Assembly (NCBI GenBank): GCA_965226375.1
Contig: CBDDCX010000008.1
Location: 1,536,001-1,600,000 of the forward strand
From: Longimicrobiales bacterium
Lineage (GTDB): Bacteria; Gemmatimonadota; Gemmatimonadetes; Longimicrobiales; Gaopeijiaceae
Direction of reading: 5' to 3'
Length of the DNA: 64,000 nt
Shown: piece after piece, positions 61,931 to 64,000 of the stretch
Layout: each line of letters begins with the position of its first letter
How positions within the stretch are numbered: position 1 is the stretch's first letter
The notes under the pieces: generated by a model
Told to the model about the DNA's origin: nothing
The model's database searches: none
What the model saw: the letters and a program-made list of their open reading frames with translations, nothing else
Program-made: the position numbers and the translations under genes

Positions 61931-62062
61931 CTACCGGGCCTCCCGAAGCTCGCCCGCCTCAAGAACGACACGTAAGGTAGTCTCACTGTCGGCCTGCTGG
62001 TAGGCAGTCTTGAGGCTCACGATGTTTTTCCATCCACCCGCGTGAGCGGCATGGACATCCGG
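61931..62062 (-). pseudogene. C-terminal remnant of a tyrosine recombinase/integrase
   Basis: PDVHAAHAGGWKNIVSLKTAYQQADSETTLRVVLEAGELREAR*, matching box II (GGW...Y nucleophile); in-frame stop immediately upstream; next to a tRNA. Confidence 0.65.
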
Positions 62063-62225
62063 TCAAGAGCGGATGGTCAAGGATATCGGTCACCGCTTTT
62101 TTGCGCGTTTTGTCCTTGGCACTCACCTTCCGCGCGCTGGCTCTGATCAACGTACGATTGTCGACCGATGGAGTGCGCCGCCGTGAGCATCGAATGAAAG
62201 TGGCTACCAGGATGCTGCAAGGCTC

Positions 62226-62435
62226 GTGAGGTACAGCAAGGTGTACCTCGAAGCCATCAGCTACGAGCTCCCGCCGGTTGTGGTCACATCGGAGGAGATC
62301 GAAGAGCGTCTCGAGCCCCTTTACGAAAAGCTCAACGTCCGAACGGGCACTCTTCGGATGCTCACGGGAATCAGCGAGCGCCGCTGGTGGAAGCCGCGCC
62401 ATTCGCTGTCGCAAAACGCGGCGGCGGCGGCCGAG
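62226..62435 (+). pseudogene. N-terminal fragment of an OleA-like (KAS III/thiolase fold) condensing enzyme
   Basis: VRYSKVYLEAISYELPPVVVTSEEIEERLEPLYEKL...LTGISERRWW. Confidence 0.75.
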
Positions 62436-62727
62436 AGCGATCAAGCACGTCGTTGGAGCGACGGCTCCGGACGTCGCCGAAAGCTCGACCAAGTCCGTGC
62501 ATGGGCACCTGGTGGGGGCGTCCGGGGCCCTCGAGTGCGCGATTACTGCGCTCGCGCTCCACGGGCGCCGGATTCCGCCGACCGCGCACCTGACGGTTCC
62601 CGATCCGGCGTGTGACCTCGATTGTGTAGCGGGGGTCGGACGCGATGCCCCGGGCCTCGAGATCGCCCTGTCGAACTCATTCGCGTTCGGGGGGTCGAAC
62701 GCTTCGCTCGTGTTGAAGCGGGCCTGA
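62434..62727 (+). pseudogene. C-terminal fragment of FabF-type beta-ketoacyl-ACP synthase
   Basis: RAIKHV...SSTKSVHGHLVGASGALE...IPPT...SNSFAFGGSNASLV; out of frame with the OleA fragment. Confidence 0.85.
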
Positions 62728-63774
62728 ACACGCCTCCGCGATGCGCTCTTCTGCCATTTGATCGGCCGCCTCCGCGGTGGAGATGCCACGTTGCTCAGCC
62801 GTCGCGATCACCGTGAGCGTCTGGCCGTAGATCTGGCCCACCTTCCGTAGAATTCGAGCGTCGTCTACGCTCTCACCCAGCACCTCTGCCTGACATCGGA
62901 TCAGTCCACCCGAGTTGACGAGGTAATCCGGCCCATAGACGATCCCTCGCTCTCTCAACGCCACCCCATGCCGGGGTTCTGCAAGAACGTTGTTGGCCCC
63001 GCCCGAGATGCCGCGACAGCGTAGCTCGGGAATCGTTTCGTCGTTGAGCACGGCCCCCATGGAGCAAGGCGAAAACACATCACACTCGACTGCGTATATG
63101 CTGTCCGGCGCCACGACACTGACACCAAACTCCTCCACGACCCTGTCGACGGATTCCTGCAGGACATCGGTCACCGTGATTCTAGCGCCGGCTTCGTGGC
63201 AGTACTTGGCAACGAAATATCCTACGTTACCCACACCCTGAATGACGACATGGCGGTCGGCTAGCGAATCGCCTCCCGTCGTCGCCTGGAGGACTGCGCG
63301 TATACCCGCGGTCACACCGTAGGCCATGGCGAACGAAGGATCTCCCGCTCCTCCCGCCGATTCGTGAACGCACGAGACATGTCGGGTTTCTCCCCTTATC
63401 ACAGCCATGTCGTGCGAGTCCGTTCCGATGTCTTGGCCCGCAATATATTGGCCGCCCAAGCTATTGATGAACCGACCCATGGACCGAAGCAGAGCCTCCG
63501 ACTTCTGCGTCTCGGGATCTGCGATGACCACGGACTTGCCCCCACCGAGGTCGACACCGCTGATCGCCGCCTTGTAGGTCATGCCTCGCGCCAGCCGAAG
63601 GACGTCCCGTAACGCGTCTTCTTCAGTGGCGAAGGGCCGCATCCGCACTCCTCCGAGTGCGGGCCCCAACGTCGTGTCATGGATGGCGATGATGGCGCGT
63701 AACCCGGATGCATCATCGCTACAAAAAAACACGTTCTGGAAACCGTGCGGAGTCATCTGATCGAAGATTCCCAC
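62677..63774 (-). CDS. Leu/Phe/Val dehydrogenase family protein
   Basis: IAIHDTTLGPALGGVRM, MTYKAA, GGGKSV, QGVGNVG, GGANN, PDYLVNSGG. Confidence 0.92.
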   Translation of the reverse strand: MGIFDQMTPHGFQNVFFCSDDASGLRAIIAIHDTTLGPALGGVRMRPFATEEDALRDVLRLARGMTYKAAISGVDLGGGKSVVIADPETQKSEALLRSMGRFINSLGGQYIAGQDIGTDSHDMAVIRGETRHVSCVHESAGGAGDPSFAMAYGVTAGIRAVLQATTGGDSLADRHVVIQGVGNVGYFVAKYCHEAGARITVTDVLQESVDRVVEEFGVSVVAPDSIYAVECDVFSPCSMGAVLNDETIPELRCRGISGGANNVLAEPRHGVALRERGIVYGPDYLVNSGGLIRCQAEVLGESVDDARILRKVGQIYGQTLTVIATAEQRGISTAEAADQMAEERIAEACSGPLQHERSVRPPERE

Positions 63775-64000
63775 CTATTCCTCCCCTTCCCCCCTGGTCT
63801 TCCCGGAAAAAAAACGATGCTAGCGGTCGGTCCCATACGTTGGCAACATGCGCTCGTCATCTGTTATCCGAGATCGTCGCATGTGGGTGGTCCACCTGGA
63901 TGTTGCTGCCTGAGATTGGCGCAGATACAGTACGATGATGGCCGTCATTGAATTGGATGATCTCTTCGCGGGGGAGGTGAACGCGCATCCCCATGAGTAC

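Noticed and set aside
61275..62003. 242-aa ORF (and 61423-61986, 61983-62789) as real genes
   Set aside because: They run across an IS end, gene fragments and the tRNA; chance open frames over a mosaic.

Overview
GC-rich bacterial chromosomal window. Gene content and order suggest Gemmatimonadota, probably Longimicrobiales-like (inference, not searched). Most of it is housekeeping DNA: mfd, two parvulin PPIases, pdxA, ftsEX, envC, holB, moaC, guaB, acs, a PerR-like regulator, dacB, moeA, etfBA, mpg, aroB, a class A PBP, ruvX-mltG-thiE, a complete F1Fo ATP synthase operon, MoxR, a CBS/hemolysin-family protein and a gamma-CA. The best candidate for an undescribed system is at 23.0-26.2 kb. A 44-aa lipoprotein-signal peptide gene, too short for the ORF track, shares an overlapping TTAA stop with a convergent GAF-like/TPR protein that has no HTH. 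It is also divergent from a pseudo-receiver/AraC regulator across a spacer with direct and inverted repeats. This resembles a Rap/Phr (RRNPP)-like peptide-signalling module in a diderm. There are also several decay scars. A lytic transglycosylase gene has its catalytic segment scrambled and partly duplicated by templated insertions. An aminotransferase has collapsed in frame to its two termini, and an acyl-CoA ligase is frameshifted. At the right end an IS3-family element borders a decayed island around tRNA-Ala(UGC), with fragments of an integrase, a Ser/Thr kinase, a GNAT, OleA and FabF. No rRNA or CRISPR array was seen.
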